Assembly: GCA_963921275.4 (NCBI GenBank)
Contig: OZ001293.3
Span: forward strand, 6,496,001-6,560,000
Direction: 5' to 3'
Source of the DNA: an uncultured Hormoscilla sp.
GTDB taxonomy: Bacteria > Cyanobacteriota > Cyanobacteriia > Cyanobacteriales > Desertifilaceae
Length of the DNA stretch: 64,000 nucleotides
Under the pieces are notes generated by a model. That model was not told the origin of the DNA. It ran no database searches and saw only the letters and a program-made list of their open reading frames with translations. Every line of letters starts with the position of its first letter. Positions within the stretch are counted from its first letter, which is position 1. Positions 9,972-21,040 of this stretch are shown one piece after another. A program made the position numbers and the translations under genes.

Positions 9972-12842
9972 CTACGAGGTATAAGCGGACATGGGTAAGC
10001 AAGCACAGACAAAGTTGCGATCGCCAAAGGCATTATCGATCTGTCCGACAGCAGGCCAGAACTTATGTTCGCGCGTCCAAGGGGCGGGATAGGCCGCCCG
10101 ATCGCGAGGGTAGGGATGAGTCCATTCGGCAGCTATCAAAGCTTCTGCGGTATGGGGCGCATTCTTTAACAGATTATCCTCGGCATCCATCTTACCCAAC
10201 TCAATTTCTTCAATCTCGCCGCGAATGGCAATCATGGCATCGCAAAAGCGATCGAGTTCTGCTAAGGATTCGCTTTCGGTGGGTTCTACCATCATCGTTC
10301 CGGCCACTGGCCAGGAAACTGTCGGGGCGTGAAAACCATAGTCCATTAAGCGCTTGGCAATGTCGGACACTTCTATGCCGGCAGTCTTTTTGAGCGATCG
10401 CAAATCCAAAATGCACTCGTGGGCGACTTTCCCCGACTTCCCTTTGTACAAAATGGGATAGTAAGCATCCAAGCGACTGGCAATATAGTTAGCATTGAGA
10501 ATTGCTATCTTGGTGGCCTCAGTCAAACCGGCACTTCCCATCATGGCAATGTACATCCAAGAAATCGTGAGGATGCTGGCGCTACCCCAAGGTGCAGCGG
10601 AAACTGCCCCAATGCGTTGTTCGCCTTCCATCTGGACCACAGCATGTCCGGGGAGGAACGGCACTAAATGGGACTGCACTCCAATTGGTCCCATGCCAGG
10701 GCCGCCGCCTCCGTGGGGGATGCAGAAGGTCTTGTGCAAATTCAGGTGACAGACATCGGCCCCGATCTCTGCTGGACGACATAACCCTACTTGGGCATTT
10801 ATGTTAGCCCCGTCCATGTATACCTGCCCGCCGTGGCTGTGGACTACCTGGCAGATATCCTTAATCTGTTCCTCAAACACCCCGTGGGTGGAGGGATAAG
10901 TCACCATTAAGGCCGCAAGTTCATTGCTGTGCTTGGCAGCTTTTGCCTTCAGATCTTCTAGGTCGATGTTGCCATTCCCGTCGCAGGCGACTGGCACTAC
11001 CCTCATGGCGCACATCACTGCCGAGGCGGGGTTCGTCCCGTGGGCCGAGGTGGGAATTAGACAGATATGGCGATGGGCTTCACCCCGCTGTTGGTGGTAT
11101 TGGCGAATCACTAGCAAGCCTGCATATTCCCCCTGGGCACCGGCATTTGGCTGAAGGGAAATGCTAGCAAAACCCGTGATTTCAGCTAACCAGGCTTCCA
11201 GTTGCTGGCAGAGAATTTGGTAGCCTTGGGTTTGGGACTGGGGCGCGAAGGGATGAATCTTGCCAAATTCGGGCCAAGTTACTGGCATCATCTCTGCTGT
11301 TGCATTTAGCTTCATCGTGCAGGATCCCAGGGGAATCATTGATGTTGTCAGAGACAAATCTTTACTTTGTAGTCGATGCAGATAGCGCAACAACTCTGTT
11401 TCCGATCGATAGCGGTGAAAGACAGGATGAGTCAGATAGCTGCTAGTCCGGGCAAACTTTCCGTTCTGACTGTCGAGTTCTAACTCTTCTACAGTAAAGG
11501 GCAACTTTTCAGCACCTGCGAAAATCTGCCAGAGATCTAGCAAGTCTTGTTCCGTGGTAGTTTCATCCAGACTGATGCCTACAGTACGATCGTCTATTGT
11601 CCGCAGGTTAATCTGACGACTTGCGGCTGCTGCCAGAATTTCTGCGCTTAGTTTTGACCCCAACTCTACTCTCAGGGTATCGAAGAAAGGTTCTGAACCG
11701 ATCGCATATCCCAGTCGCTGTAGTCCTGCTGCTAGCTTGACTGTTAAACTATGTACTTTTTCGGCAATTTGCTTGAGTCCTTCGGGACCGTGATAGACAG
11801 CATACATGCTGGCGATCACCGCTAGCAATACCTGAGCAGTACAGATATTGCTAGTAGCTTTTTCTCGGCGGATATGTTGTTCGCGAGTTTGCAGGGCCAG
11901 ACGCAATGCGGGCTTGCCCTGGGCATCCTTAGATACCCCCACAATACGTCCTGGAACTTGCCGTTTATAAGCTGCACGGGTGGCAAAGTAAGCTGCATGG
12001 GGTCCCCCATATCCTAGGGGAACTCCGAAGCGCTGTGTGGTGCCGACCGCGATGTCAGCCCCAAATTCTCCTGGTGGCGTCAGTAGGGTGAGACTCAAGA
12101 TATCTGCTGCTGCTGTGACTAAAGCACCTGCGCTATGAACTTGTTCTACAAACTCTCGATAATCGTAAATTGCTCCATCGGTAGCAGGATATTGCAGCAA
12201 GGCCCCAAAAATGTCTGGTCGATCGCCTGTATTGAAGAAAGTCCGGCGATCGCCTATAATTATTTCTATTCCCAAAGGTCGAGATCGGGTTTGCACTACG
12301 TCGATCGTCTGGGGGTGGCAGTCAGCAGAGACAAAGAAAGCTTTTGCTTTAGTTTTACACAGGCCATAGCTCATGCTCATGGCTTCTGCGGCTGCCGTTC
12401 CCTCATCCAGTAAGGAAGCATTGGCAATTTCCATGCCAGTCAGATCCATTACCATTGTCTGGAAGTTGAGCAGGGCTTCCAGTCGCCCTTGAGCAATTTC
12501 TGGCTGATAGGGGGTGTAGGCTGTGTACCAGCCCGGGTTCTCTAAGATGTTCCGTTGGATTACAGGTGGGGTGATACAGTCGTGATAGCCCATGCCGATG
12601 TAGGAGCGAAATATCTGATTTTTAGAGGCGATCGCCTGCAACTGAGCCAGGGCCGCGTACTCACTCTGGGCTGGGGGTAACTGGAGGGGTTGCCGATACC
12701 GGATCGCCTGGGGTATAGTTTTATCAATCAGAGCATCGAGGCTTTCGGTTCCCAACAGTTCCAGCATTTGGGGGATATCATCTGCTGTGGGACCATTGTG
12801 CCGATGTACAAAAGAAACTTCATTAGGCATAGTCAGGCGCAC
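9972..12842 (-). CDS. gcvP: Glycine dehydrogenase (decarboxylating), P protein
   Basis: [35 protein letters not shown] and [10 protein letters not shown] motifs. Confidence 0.98.
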   Translation of the reverse strand: MRLTMPNEVSFVHRHNGPTADDIPQMLELLGTESLDALIDKTIPQAIRYRQPLQLPPAQSEYAALAQLQAIASKNQIFRSYIGMGYHDCITPPVIQRNILENPGWYTAYTPYQPEIAQGRLEALLNFQTMVMDLTGMEIANASLLDEGTAAAEAMSMSYGLCKTKAKAFFVSADCHPQTIDVVQTRSRPLGIEIIIGDRRTFFNTGDRPDIFGALLQYPATDGAIYDYREFVEQVHSAGALVTAAADILSLTLLTPPGEFGADIAVGTTQRFGVPLGYGGPHAAYFATRAAYKRQVPGRIVGVSKDAQGKPALRLALQTREQHIRREKATSNICTAQVLLAVIASMYAVYHGPEGLKQIAEKVHSLTVKLAAGLQRLGYAIGSEPFFDTLRVELGSKLSAEILAAAASRQINLRTIDDRTVGISLDETTTEQDLLDLWQIFAGAEKLPFTVEELELDSQNGKFARTSSYLTHPVFHRYRSETELLRYLHRLQSKDLSLTTSMIPLGSCTMKLNATAEMMPVTWPEFGKIHPFAPQSQTQGYQILCQQLEAWLAEITGFASISLQPNAGAQGEYAGLLVIRQYHQQRGEAHRHICLIPTSAHGTNPASAVMCAMRVVPVACDGNGNIDLEDLKAKAAKHSNELAALMVTYPSTHGVFEEQIKDICQVVHSHGGQVYMDGANINAQVGLCRPAEIGADVCHLNLHKTFCIPHGGGGPGMGPIGVQSHLVPFLPGHAVVQMEGEQRIGAVSAAPWGSASILTISWMYIAMMGSAGLTEATKIAILNANYIASRLDAYYPILYKGKSGKVAHECILDLRSLKKTAGIEVSDIAKRLMDYGFHAPTVSWPVAGTMMVEPTESESLAELDRFCDAMIAIRGEIEEIELGKMDAEDNLLKNAPHTAEALIAAEWTHPYPRDRAAYPAPWTREHKFWPAVGQIDNAFGDRNFVCACLPMSAYTS

Positions 12843-12929
12843 TCAAAGAACAGCTTTAGTGTCTCGCCGGTTACATAACTGGCGCAAGCACTTATTCTTT
12901 TGTAACAAAACTTGAGCAGTCCTGGTGAT

Positions 12930-13100
12930 GCGTCCGGCGTAGTCTCGCCTGTCCGGGGGCGTCCGGCGTAGTCTCGCCTGCCCGGAGGTTGCCATTCGCC
13001 CCCTCGAACCACCGGTTGGGAGGCAATGCCGCTCGTGTAGGGTGTAGCCATGCGATATTATCTTGCCACAGGCAACCACCGGTATTATACAAAGCTCGAT
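12930..13100. repeat. Intergenic repeat cluster (GCGTCCGGCGTAGTCTCGCCTG twice); related piece at about 20450-20485
   Basis: Direct duplication 12930-12952 / 12959-12981; shared CCGGAGGTTG tail. Confidence 0.55.
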
Positions 13101-13475
13101 TACCGCTAGTGGGCGATCGGCTAATCTTGGGATATGGGGTCAGAATAAATTTTCTTCTCAAGTGACTATAGATCACAGCAAAACATTTTTAATGGAGTTA
13201 TAAAGATGAAAGACAAAAAAACATAGCTGAGTAATGCAAATGGAGAGTGCCTCCGCACTATAATGCTCCAGAAAAAAGACATAGGCAAGGCTATTTGGAT
13301 ATAAGCTATTGATAAGCTGTGATGTATTTAAATTGCATAGTAAAAAATGGCCATTATGGCGCTCAACGCTTATGGGTCGAGGGTTGCCACGATTTTATCG
13401 GAAGCCCGAAGATGCGATGCGCGACAGCTTATTAACACGAGGAGCAAATATTCTCTAATCTGACAATTATTTATC

Positions 13476-16400
13476 ATGACCAATCAGCAGGAACTTATAT
13501 CGCTTTTTGAATCTCTTATTCAGCGTAATGAGAGTGAGACTATTGACTTTAAAGTTGAGGCTTACAATCTCTCTATCAAAGAAAAACAAGTAGACTTAGT
13601 GAAAGATATAATCTGCATGTACAATACTCCTCGTAAAGAAGATGCACATATTATTCTTGGAGTAAAGGAATATACAGATCGCCCAAAAGATATTCGCGGG
13701 ATAGATTTAAGCACTACTAATCGCAAGGACTTAGATCAATCGTCAATGCAAAGTGCATTTCAAAGGGAAGATTTAGAAATTGAACCTTTTCTAAGATTCA
13801 GAGTCTCGACTCTCCAGTATAAAAGCAAAACCTTTGCAATTATAACAATCCCTGTAAATAGAAAAGTTGGTCCTTGTAAAGTTCTGAAGAGTAATTATCC
13901 TAAGCTAAAAACATATCGGGATAAATTATATTTTCGTCGAGTGACTGATAATGATTTAACAAGAAGTGTAGAGGAAGTTTGTGATATTATGTACTGGTTT
14001 CAAGATGGGTCCACTCAACCACCAGTCTCTTTACAAGAGGAATCACAATGGGATAGTTTTTTGGAAGCATCGTTTATCAGCGATGTGTCAGGTTTTGAAT
14101 TGTCTAGGAAGTACATCTTAGTAACAAGTCCATTGAGGAATGACAACATTAAAAATTTATCTGTTTTGGGCGAAATACCTGCGATATTAGTATTAGATTT
14201 TGACCCTGAAAGTGATGTAAGTGGTTTACTTTATGAAGTCAAAGGAAGGCTCAAAAGAAGTCTACATATCGTAGCTAAAAAAGATCGTCCAACTATTAAT
14301 CCAGAAAACGCAACTTATTGGTTCTTCGTGCGTGGTTTAGAGGGGAGAAAAGGAACTGTAGAGATTGGGAATTATAAAAAATGGAAGAAAAGCTATGGGG
14401 GAGAAATAAGCGAACAATTGAGAAATTTTGCAGAGGCAATAAGTCCTACGCCTATTACTTGTATTGTTCTTTGGTATCATGATGATTCACAACTAAATTT
14501 CCATTTAAAGCAAGTACTTAATTCAATTGAACAAGCCTTTGAAGATGCTGTTAACTTTGTTATAGCTACTAAGTATCCTGGAGAAATTCAGGAAATCAAG
14601 AACGAAGTTGATGTAGAGATAATAAATATTGCTATTCATCAATTATGTTCAGGGCTAGATGTCATAAGTTCCAGCAAAAGGATCGTAGAATCTAATGAGT
14701 ATTTTCTACCTTCAAGTTCTCATGCCCCCATTAGAATAACTTCTGAAGACAGAAAATGGTTGGAAGAAGAACTTGAAATTGTTCATCTTAACGTAGGTAC
14801 AACAGCTCCAGATTTGAACGAGGATCCAGATTTGAACGAGAGAATTGGTCGTCGTTTCTTGCGTGGAGCGGAAATAACCTGGCATGAATTGAGCTTGCAC
14901 GTTGATGTTAATCGAGAAAAGACAGACAAAATTAAACGTCAAGTAGAAACTGAATTAACACGCCGACGTGCATAGAGAATAAATCTTTACCATGAAGCAG
15001 GAGCAGGTGGAACTACTGTAGGTAGACGTATTCTTTGGGAGCTTCATGAAAGATTTCCGTGTGCCATTCTTAAACGAAGTAAACCCCTTGAAACTCTGAA
15101 CGGCTTTCTAGGTTGGCATCCTTAACTGGACAGCCAATACTGCTTTTGATAGATAGTTCCCAAATTCCTGAGAGACAAGTAGATGAACTCTATAATTACG
15201 TTCGTAGTAACCAGCTGTCAGTAGTTTTTCTGCATGTTCAACGTCGTTCAGCTCTAAGAATCAAGAAAGATAGAACTGGTTTAGAGGCGACACTATCCAA
15301 TAAGGAATATTGGCAGTTTGTGGAAAAGTTTTCGCAATTTAAACCTGAAAAGAGGCCGAAGTTAGAGAAGTTAGAGGTCAAAACTGCGTTCTATTTTGGA
15401 TTGCAAACTTTTGAACGTGAATTCCTTGGCTTAGAAAGATATGTAGGTAGTAGGCTTGAAAAATTGAATTCAGATCAAAAACGGATCTTACTTTTTCTGG
15501 CTATCTCTCATCACTATGCCCAACAGTCGATAAAAGCTCAAGCGTTTGCAGAGTTTCTAGGTATTCCGAAAAACAGAATTGTAAATCTTAAAGAAGCTTT
15601 TTATTCATGCGAGGACGTGCTCGATATTTTGATTGAAGAGAAGGGAAAGTATTGGCGAACAACCCACGATCTAGTAGCTCAAGAAGTATTAACGCAGGGA
15701 TTAATAACTCCCGGAGCGGATCGGCGTACATGGAAGCAAAATTTGTCACTTCTTGCAAAAAGTTTTGCAGAATTATGTCGTGGCAATAGTTTGAACCCCA
15801 GCGAGGAAATGCTGGAGTTAGTGAGGCGCACATTTATTTACCGCGATAATAGCGATGTGCTTGGCACTGAAAAAGTCGCAACAAATCAGAGCTTCTCGCT
15901 GTTGTTACAAGATATACCTTCACTAGAGGGGAGACTTGAGCTTTTAAGGAAATTGACAGAGCTATATCCAGAAGAAGCTCATTTCTGGGCACATTTGGGT
16001 CGTTTCCATGCCTCTAAGTTGAAAAACTATATCAAAGCTTATGAATACATCGATCGAGCTATATTATTAAATAGAAAAGACCACGTTCTTTATCATATGA
16101 AAGGCATGGCAATACGTTATGAAATCGACAACCTAATTGCAGAGAAAAATGAGGTACAAGCTATCGTAGATCGTGCCAAAGTTGCGAGTAATGCATTTGA
16201 AGAGGCAAGGGAGCAAAGTCCAGACAATGAACACGGTTACATCAGCGAGGTGCAGTTACTCGCACGGATATTAGATTACGCGGGTAGACAACACCAGAAT
16301 AGAGTTCTTGGTTACCTTTCAACTCCTGGGATAGATCCTTTCCTACTAAATAGTCTTGAACGTGCTGAAGATCTTTTGGAACAGGTCAGGCGTAATCGCG

Positions 16401-17215
16401 AAGGGCAAGGTGAACCAAGTGCGCTAGAAGTAGATTGTCAAGCTAGACTTGACGCTTTGTACGGAAGACATGACCGAGCTTTACAAATTTGGGATAGTTT
16501 GCTGAATCGAAGGAATAGCTATCACCCTCCACTCCGTCGTCAAATTGTCTGGACTTATCTGGCACGATACGAACGTTCTTGGAATGATATACCTAAAAAT
16601 AATTTACGACGAATTCAATCTCTTCTTGAAGAAAATATTGACGAAGAACCCAGCAATGATAAAGATCTTCGTTTATGGATACAAGCGGTGCGTTGGTCAC
16701 AATATCCACCAAGTCTTGAATCTGTCATTGAACGGGTGAGCTATTGGAAAGCTAACTCGGGAACGCTTGATTCAGTTTATTATCTATATTTACTTTACGT
16801 ACTTTCAGCACTGGAAGGCTCAGCACAAACTAAAGATAATGCAGAACGCTATATGGAAGAGTGTCGTCAAATGGCGCGATATCGCAAAAATCGCACTAAT
16901 AGCTTCGAGTGGCTTGGGTCGGGATCTGGAATAAACAGTCTTATTCACCATTCGGAATTAGGTCAATGGAAGACAGATATTGAGTTTTGGGAAAGAACCG
17001 ATCAATTAGTACGAGTTCAAGGTCGTGTTAATAGAGTTGGCGCACCACAGAAAGGTTACATTAAGATTAAAGGCGGTTTGTTAGCTTTCTATGTTCCGGC
17101 ACGTAGTAATCACAGTCGAGGTCGTTCAGAAAATCAACCTGTTGATTTCTACTTGGGGTTTAGTTATGACGGTTTGAGGGCATGGAAAGTGAAAGATATT
17201 GGGAAAGATAGATAA
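13476..17215 (+). pseudogene. SAMD9-like multidomain protein (AlbA_2 nuclease, SIR2-like, STAND NTPase, TPR, OB fold), about 1246 aa, with TAG at 14973 and a frameshift near 15095
   Basis: ESETIDFK/IILGV (AlbA_2); YILVT, VLDFDPES, WFFVRG, FLRGAEITW; read-through of the TAG gives LYHEAGAGGTTVGRRILWELH; TPR-like helices; C-terminal FYLGFSYDGLRAW; AT-rich and lacking HIP1. Confidence 0.85.
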
Positions 17216-17394
17216 ATTAATTACTGCCGGAGGTATAACAATTGCGTTACAGCGGAAGGTCTAATCTTCATCAAGTAGTTCTCTCATCTTAGGCCCGATC
17301 GCTCCTGCTGACACTTGACAAATTAACAATTATTAGCATCGACTATAATCGATCTGAGATACTCTGGCCTATCTCTAGGCGCTTTCGCGCCTGG

Positions 17395-17457
17395 GAAGCA
17401 CGCTCTTCGTGCTTACTACGAACGACCGGAAGCACGAAGCGTGCTTGCCACGAAGGG
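17395..17457 (+). repeat. Hairpin + TTACTACGAAC REP-like repeat, two units
   Basis: GGAAGCACGCTCTTCGTGCTTACTACGAAC; same tail as the array at 49146. Confidence 0.65.
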
Positions 17458-17503
17458 CGTGAGGTCATCAGCGACCTGACTAATGACCAATAAGGACAAG
17501 ACC

Positions 17504-17899
17504 CTACTCTCCAAAAATCTTCTGACGATAGTCAGCTACGGCCATGAGGTCGTCATCTTCCAATTCATCGGGGTTTTTAAGCCGCACCTTCATCAACCAG
17601 CCTTCGCCGTAGGGGTCTTCGTTCAGTTTTTCTGGAGCCTCTTCAATCTCTGTATTGCATTCTATAACTGTACCAGTAACTGGCGAGTAGAGGTCTTCTG
17701 CTGCCTTCACTGATTCCACATTTCCGAAGGTTTCGCCTTTCTCTACGGCATCCCCTACTTCTGGTAACTCCACAAATACAATCTCGCCTAGCTGGTCAAC
17801 GGCAAAAGCGCTGATGCCGATCGTCGCTGTATCGCCTTCGAGTCGGACATACTCGTGGCTTTCCAGGTATTTCAGGTCATCGGGATATTCTAAGTCCAT
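17504..17899 (-). CDS. gcvH: Glycine cleavage system H protein
   Basis: VESVKAAED lipoyl motif; NEDPYGEGW. Confidence 0.97.
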   Translation of the reverse strand: MDLEYPDDLKYLESHEYVRLEGDTATIGISAFAVDQLGEIVFVELPEVGDAVEKGETFGNVESVKAAEDLYSPVTGTVIECNTEIEEAPEKLNEDPYGEGWLMKVRLKNPDELEDDDLMAVADYRQKIFGE

Positions 17900-17981
17900 T
17901 TCCAGTTCTCCAATTTGCAGCAAAACTTATAGACAGCCATTAAGTTTACAACTTACCGGGTGCTGCGTTGCTATTTTTAGA

Positions 17982-18015
17982 CTCTCGTTGGCAAGTTATA
18001 CCTACCAACGAGAGA
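17982..18015. terminator. 10-bp stem hairpin between gcvT and gcvH
   Basis: CTCTCGTTGG-N-CCAACGAGAG; could be a processing or stability stem rather than a terminator. Confidence 0.4.
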
Positions 18016-18060
18016 AGACCCAGTGTCCCATGAGAGTTGACGTTAGTACTGCTGATAAGC

Positions 18061-19194
18061 TCAACGGCTTTTTGCCTTGTAAAAAGGTTTTTTGACCACT
18101 ATAGCTGGATATGCTTTGCCGCGAATTTCTATGAACAGTTCCCGACCGACCTTTGCTAGCTGGCTGGGAACGTATGCTAAGGCGATCGGATGACCCAAGG
18201 TAGGCGAGAGGGTGCCGCTAGTAACTTCTCCTACTGGTTGACTGGCAGATAGCACCGGGTAGCCATGACGGGCAATGTGACGCCCTTGCATTTGCAGTCC
18301 TACTAGGCGTCGGGGCGTGCCGTTTGCCTTTTGTTGCTCTAAGACCTGACGTCCGATAAAGTCACCCTTGGTATCTAGGTGGACTAACCAGCTTAAACCA
18401 GCTTCCAGGGGGGTGGTAGTCTCGTCAATATCTTGACCGTAGAGGGCCATCGCTGCTTCTAGGCGCAGGGTATCTCTGGCCCCCAGACCGCAAGGAGTGA
18501 CGCCAGCATCTAAAAGAGCACGCCACAGTTGCTCCCCAACAGCTGGATCTACCATTACCTCAAAGCCATCTTCCCCAGTGTATCCGGTACGAGCCAGGAA
18601 AGCTGGTTGGCCCAAGACTAATGCTTCTAGATGGCCGAAACGCCCCACTTTCGATAGTTCAGCTTCTACCAATGGCTGTAGATAGTCTACTGCTGCTGGA
18701 CCTTGCACTGCGATCAGGGCTTTGAGTGCCGAGAGGTTTTGTAATTCTACCCGATCGCAGTCAAGATGTGCTTGCAACCAGTCAAAATCCTTGACTTTGG
18801 TAGCAGCATTGACAATTATCATGGCCCGTTGCTCGTCCGTAGCCTCCCGATCTTGATAATAAAAAATGATGTCGTCCAAAATACCTGCTTCGGGCTTGAG
18901 CAGTACCGTATACTGAGCTTCACCTGGTTGCAGTCGTCCCAAGTCAGAAGGTACCAGCGCTTGCAGTTGCTCAACCGCCTGTTTACCTAGCAGGGCAAAT
19001 TTGCCCATGTGGGAGATATCAAACATGCCGCAGTTGCTGCGCACTGCTTCGTGTTCCGCACGAATGCCTGTAAACTGCACTGGCATTTCCCAGCCTGCAA
19101 ATTCTGTCATCCGGGCTTTGAGTTCTTGACAAACTGCATATAGGGGCGATCGGGCTAGTTCTGTTTGGGACTGATGAGCCATATTTCTTTTCAA
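18061..19194 (-). CDS. gcvT: Glycine cleavage system aminomethyltransferase T
   Basis: FAGWEMPVQF, FDISHMG, ARTGYTGEDGFE and GARDTLRLEA motifs. Confidence 0.97.
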   Translation of the reverse strand: MKRNMAHQSQTELARSPLYAVCQELKARMTEFAGWEMPVQFTGIRAEHEAVRSNCGMFDISHMGKFALLGKQAVEQLQALVPSDLGRLQPGEAQYTVLLKPEAGILDDIIFYYQDREATDEQRAMIIVNAATKVKDFDWLQAHLDCDRVELQNLSALKALIAVQGPAAVDYLQPLVEAELSKVGRFGHLEALVLGQPAFLARTGYTGEDGFEVMVDPAVGEQLWRALLDAGVTPCGLGARDTLRLEAAMALYGQDIDETTTPLEAGLSWLVHLDTKGDFIGRQVLEQQKANGTPRRLVGLQMQGRHIARHGYPVLSASQPVGEVTSGTLSPTLGHPIALAYVPSQLAKVGRELFIEIRGKAYPAIVVKKPFYKAKSR

Positions 19195-19265
19195 TGTCTA
19201 ATCTATATTATCTTATACCATTGTCAAACTTTTTGCTACACTTCTTATCCTGTAATTCCCTCTCT

Positions 19266-19345
19266 TCGCTGTCAGCCCGCCTTCGGTGTATCGTGGGTTC
19301 AAACCCTAAGGTTTTTAGCTCAAGTCGGTTTTAAACCGACTAATA
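19266..19345 (+). repeat. Double-hairpin dispersed repeat (GTCGGTT(T)AAACCGAC family)
   Basis: Related copies at about 45111-45160, 48813-48870, 54331-54398 (reverse) and 62293-62356 (reverse). Confidence 0.75.
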
Positions 19346-19489
19346 TCATTTTCACAAATATAATTTACCGTAGCTATTTTTTATAGTATGAGCTGTTGTG
19401 GATTAGTTTGGGCTAACTCGTTTTTCCTCTCCTCAACTATTCTCTTACTCCAATTCACGTAAAATACGAACAGGAGAAGTAAGATACTT

Positions 19490-20426
19490 AATCAAGTCAT
19501 CCCCACCAGTTGCAGGTAAAACTCCCGGCGATAATTTGCGATCGTCGCATCTTGCTCGTGGGAGATGATATAGGCGACCAAATCTCCTTCCACATTGTCT
19601 ACGGAAACCGCGAATGCTTTCCCCTGATTTAACCGGTCAGTAATTTGGGGTTGCAGTTGCTGATTTATTTGCCCAGTATCTCGGGGGCGATGGTTTGTTT
19701 TTTCGACTCTAAACTGCTTTTTTCATAGAGATAATCGTCGCTAATATCGCTTTGGACGTAATTGCTTTGCTCGTCAGCAAATACTTTCGCCGAGACTACT
19801 TCCTTTTTGAGCATAAAGGTATGTACTCCGGAAAACAAGTTATCCATTGCCTGGCGAATGGCCTGAAAGGATACGCTGGTTTCCACGCTGCCTATGTGGC
19901 TTTTATTCCGAGCAAACAGGGTAAATACATATCTAAACCCGTTGTATATTCTCCCTTCCTCGAAGCCTTTGACAAAGATTTTTTCCTGATTAGTTAAATT
20001 CACGGAATATCTGACCTTCGATAGGTTGTCCCCAAATTTTTGCGGGCGATGAAACCGTAAAAAACTGGTGCTATCGGGCAGGTGAAAGTGCAGTTACTTG
20101 AGATTTTTCTTCCTCAGATTTTGATAGGTGGGGGTCGCAAACAGGCGATCGCGCTTCTGCTTTTGTGCTGCTGCATCTGCTTGATATGCCCCCGTAAATA
20201 TATCGATAATTTCTGGTTGATTCACCACCTCGTCGTAGATGGTTTGGGAGACCAATTGGTAGGTATCGACGGTGACGCGATAAGCGGTTTGCAGTTCGGC
20301 AACATGCTTGGATAATAATATCTCTTCTTTTGCCGCTTGGTTCTTGGACAAACCCAGTACCGTTACGGTCTCTAGCACGATAAAGGCCAGCAGGTAATAT
20401 TTGATTTTACTTAACAGTTGTTTCAT
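19490..20426 (-). pseudogene. N-terminal periplasmic sensor (Cache-like) of a kinase or cyclase, frameshifted and truncated
   Basis: TM segment, then GFEEGRIYNGFRYVF.L...HIGSVE.S.SF split over ORFs 20094-20426 and 19665-20003. Confidence 0.7.
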
Positions 20427-21040
20427 TTATCTTGTCCGTAGCGTAGCTTGTAGGACAGGCGTCCCGCCTGTCCGGAGGTTGTCAGGATCGTCCCCGTGAG
20501 AGGTAATTTTGTCAACCCCTAATATTAATTTTGTCGATTTGCTCCCGTTTTGTCATCTCTCTCGGGTTTACCGGCGATCGCCATTCAAATCATCTTCTTT
20601 TTGACAGTAGCAAAACTTTAGGCTTGTGGCTAGGCGATTTCTGAGATAATGTCAAGGTTGGGGACATGAAAAATAAAGAAGTCGGGGATTCATTTCAGGC
20701 TATTTGCTTGACGTCAGTTGCTAACAGATATTACAATGAACTTAAATATTATTGAGCAGCAGAAGAACATGCTAGAGAAGCGAGTTAATGCTAGTATCGA
20801 AAAATCGGCACGATTCGAGATAATTTAGTTTTGGCTGGACTTGACAGGAAGGGCAAACGATGCTGAAGTTGGGCGATCGCAGCATTGTCTTGATGCTTGG
20901 CACTGGATGGCAACATCAGGATTTTTGGCAGCAGTCACTATCTTTAATAAAAGTTGTAATAAGGGGATTAATTTTTCGTTATTTAACTATCAACCCAAAA
21001 ATGAGTTATAATAATAGAAATCTGGTTCAATATCTTAAAC

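Noticed and set aside
9806..12878. Plus-strand ORFs overlapping gcvP
   Set aside because: Antisense shadows of a well-supported gene
17930..19400. Glycine riboswitch near the gcv genes
   Set aside because: No recognisable aptamer consensus seen by eye; an Rfam search would be needed to exclude it fully
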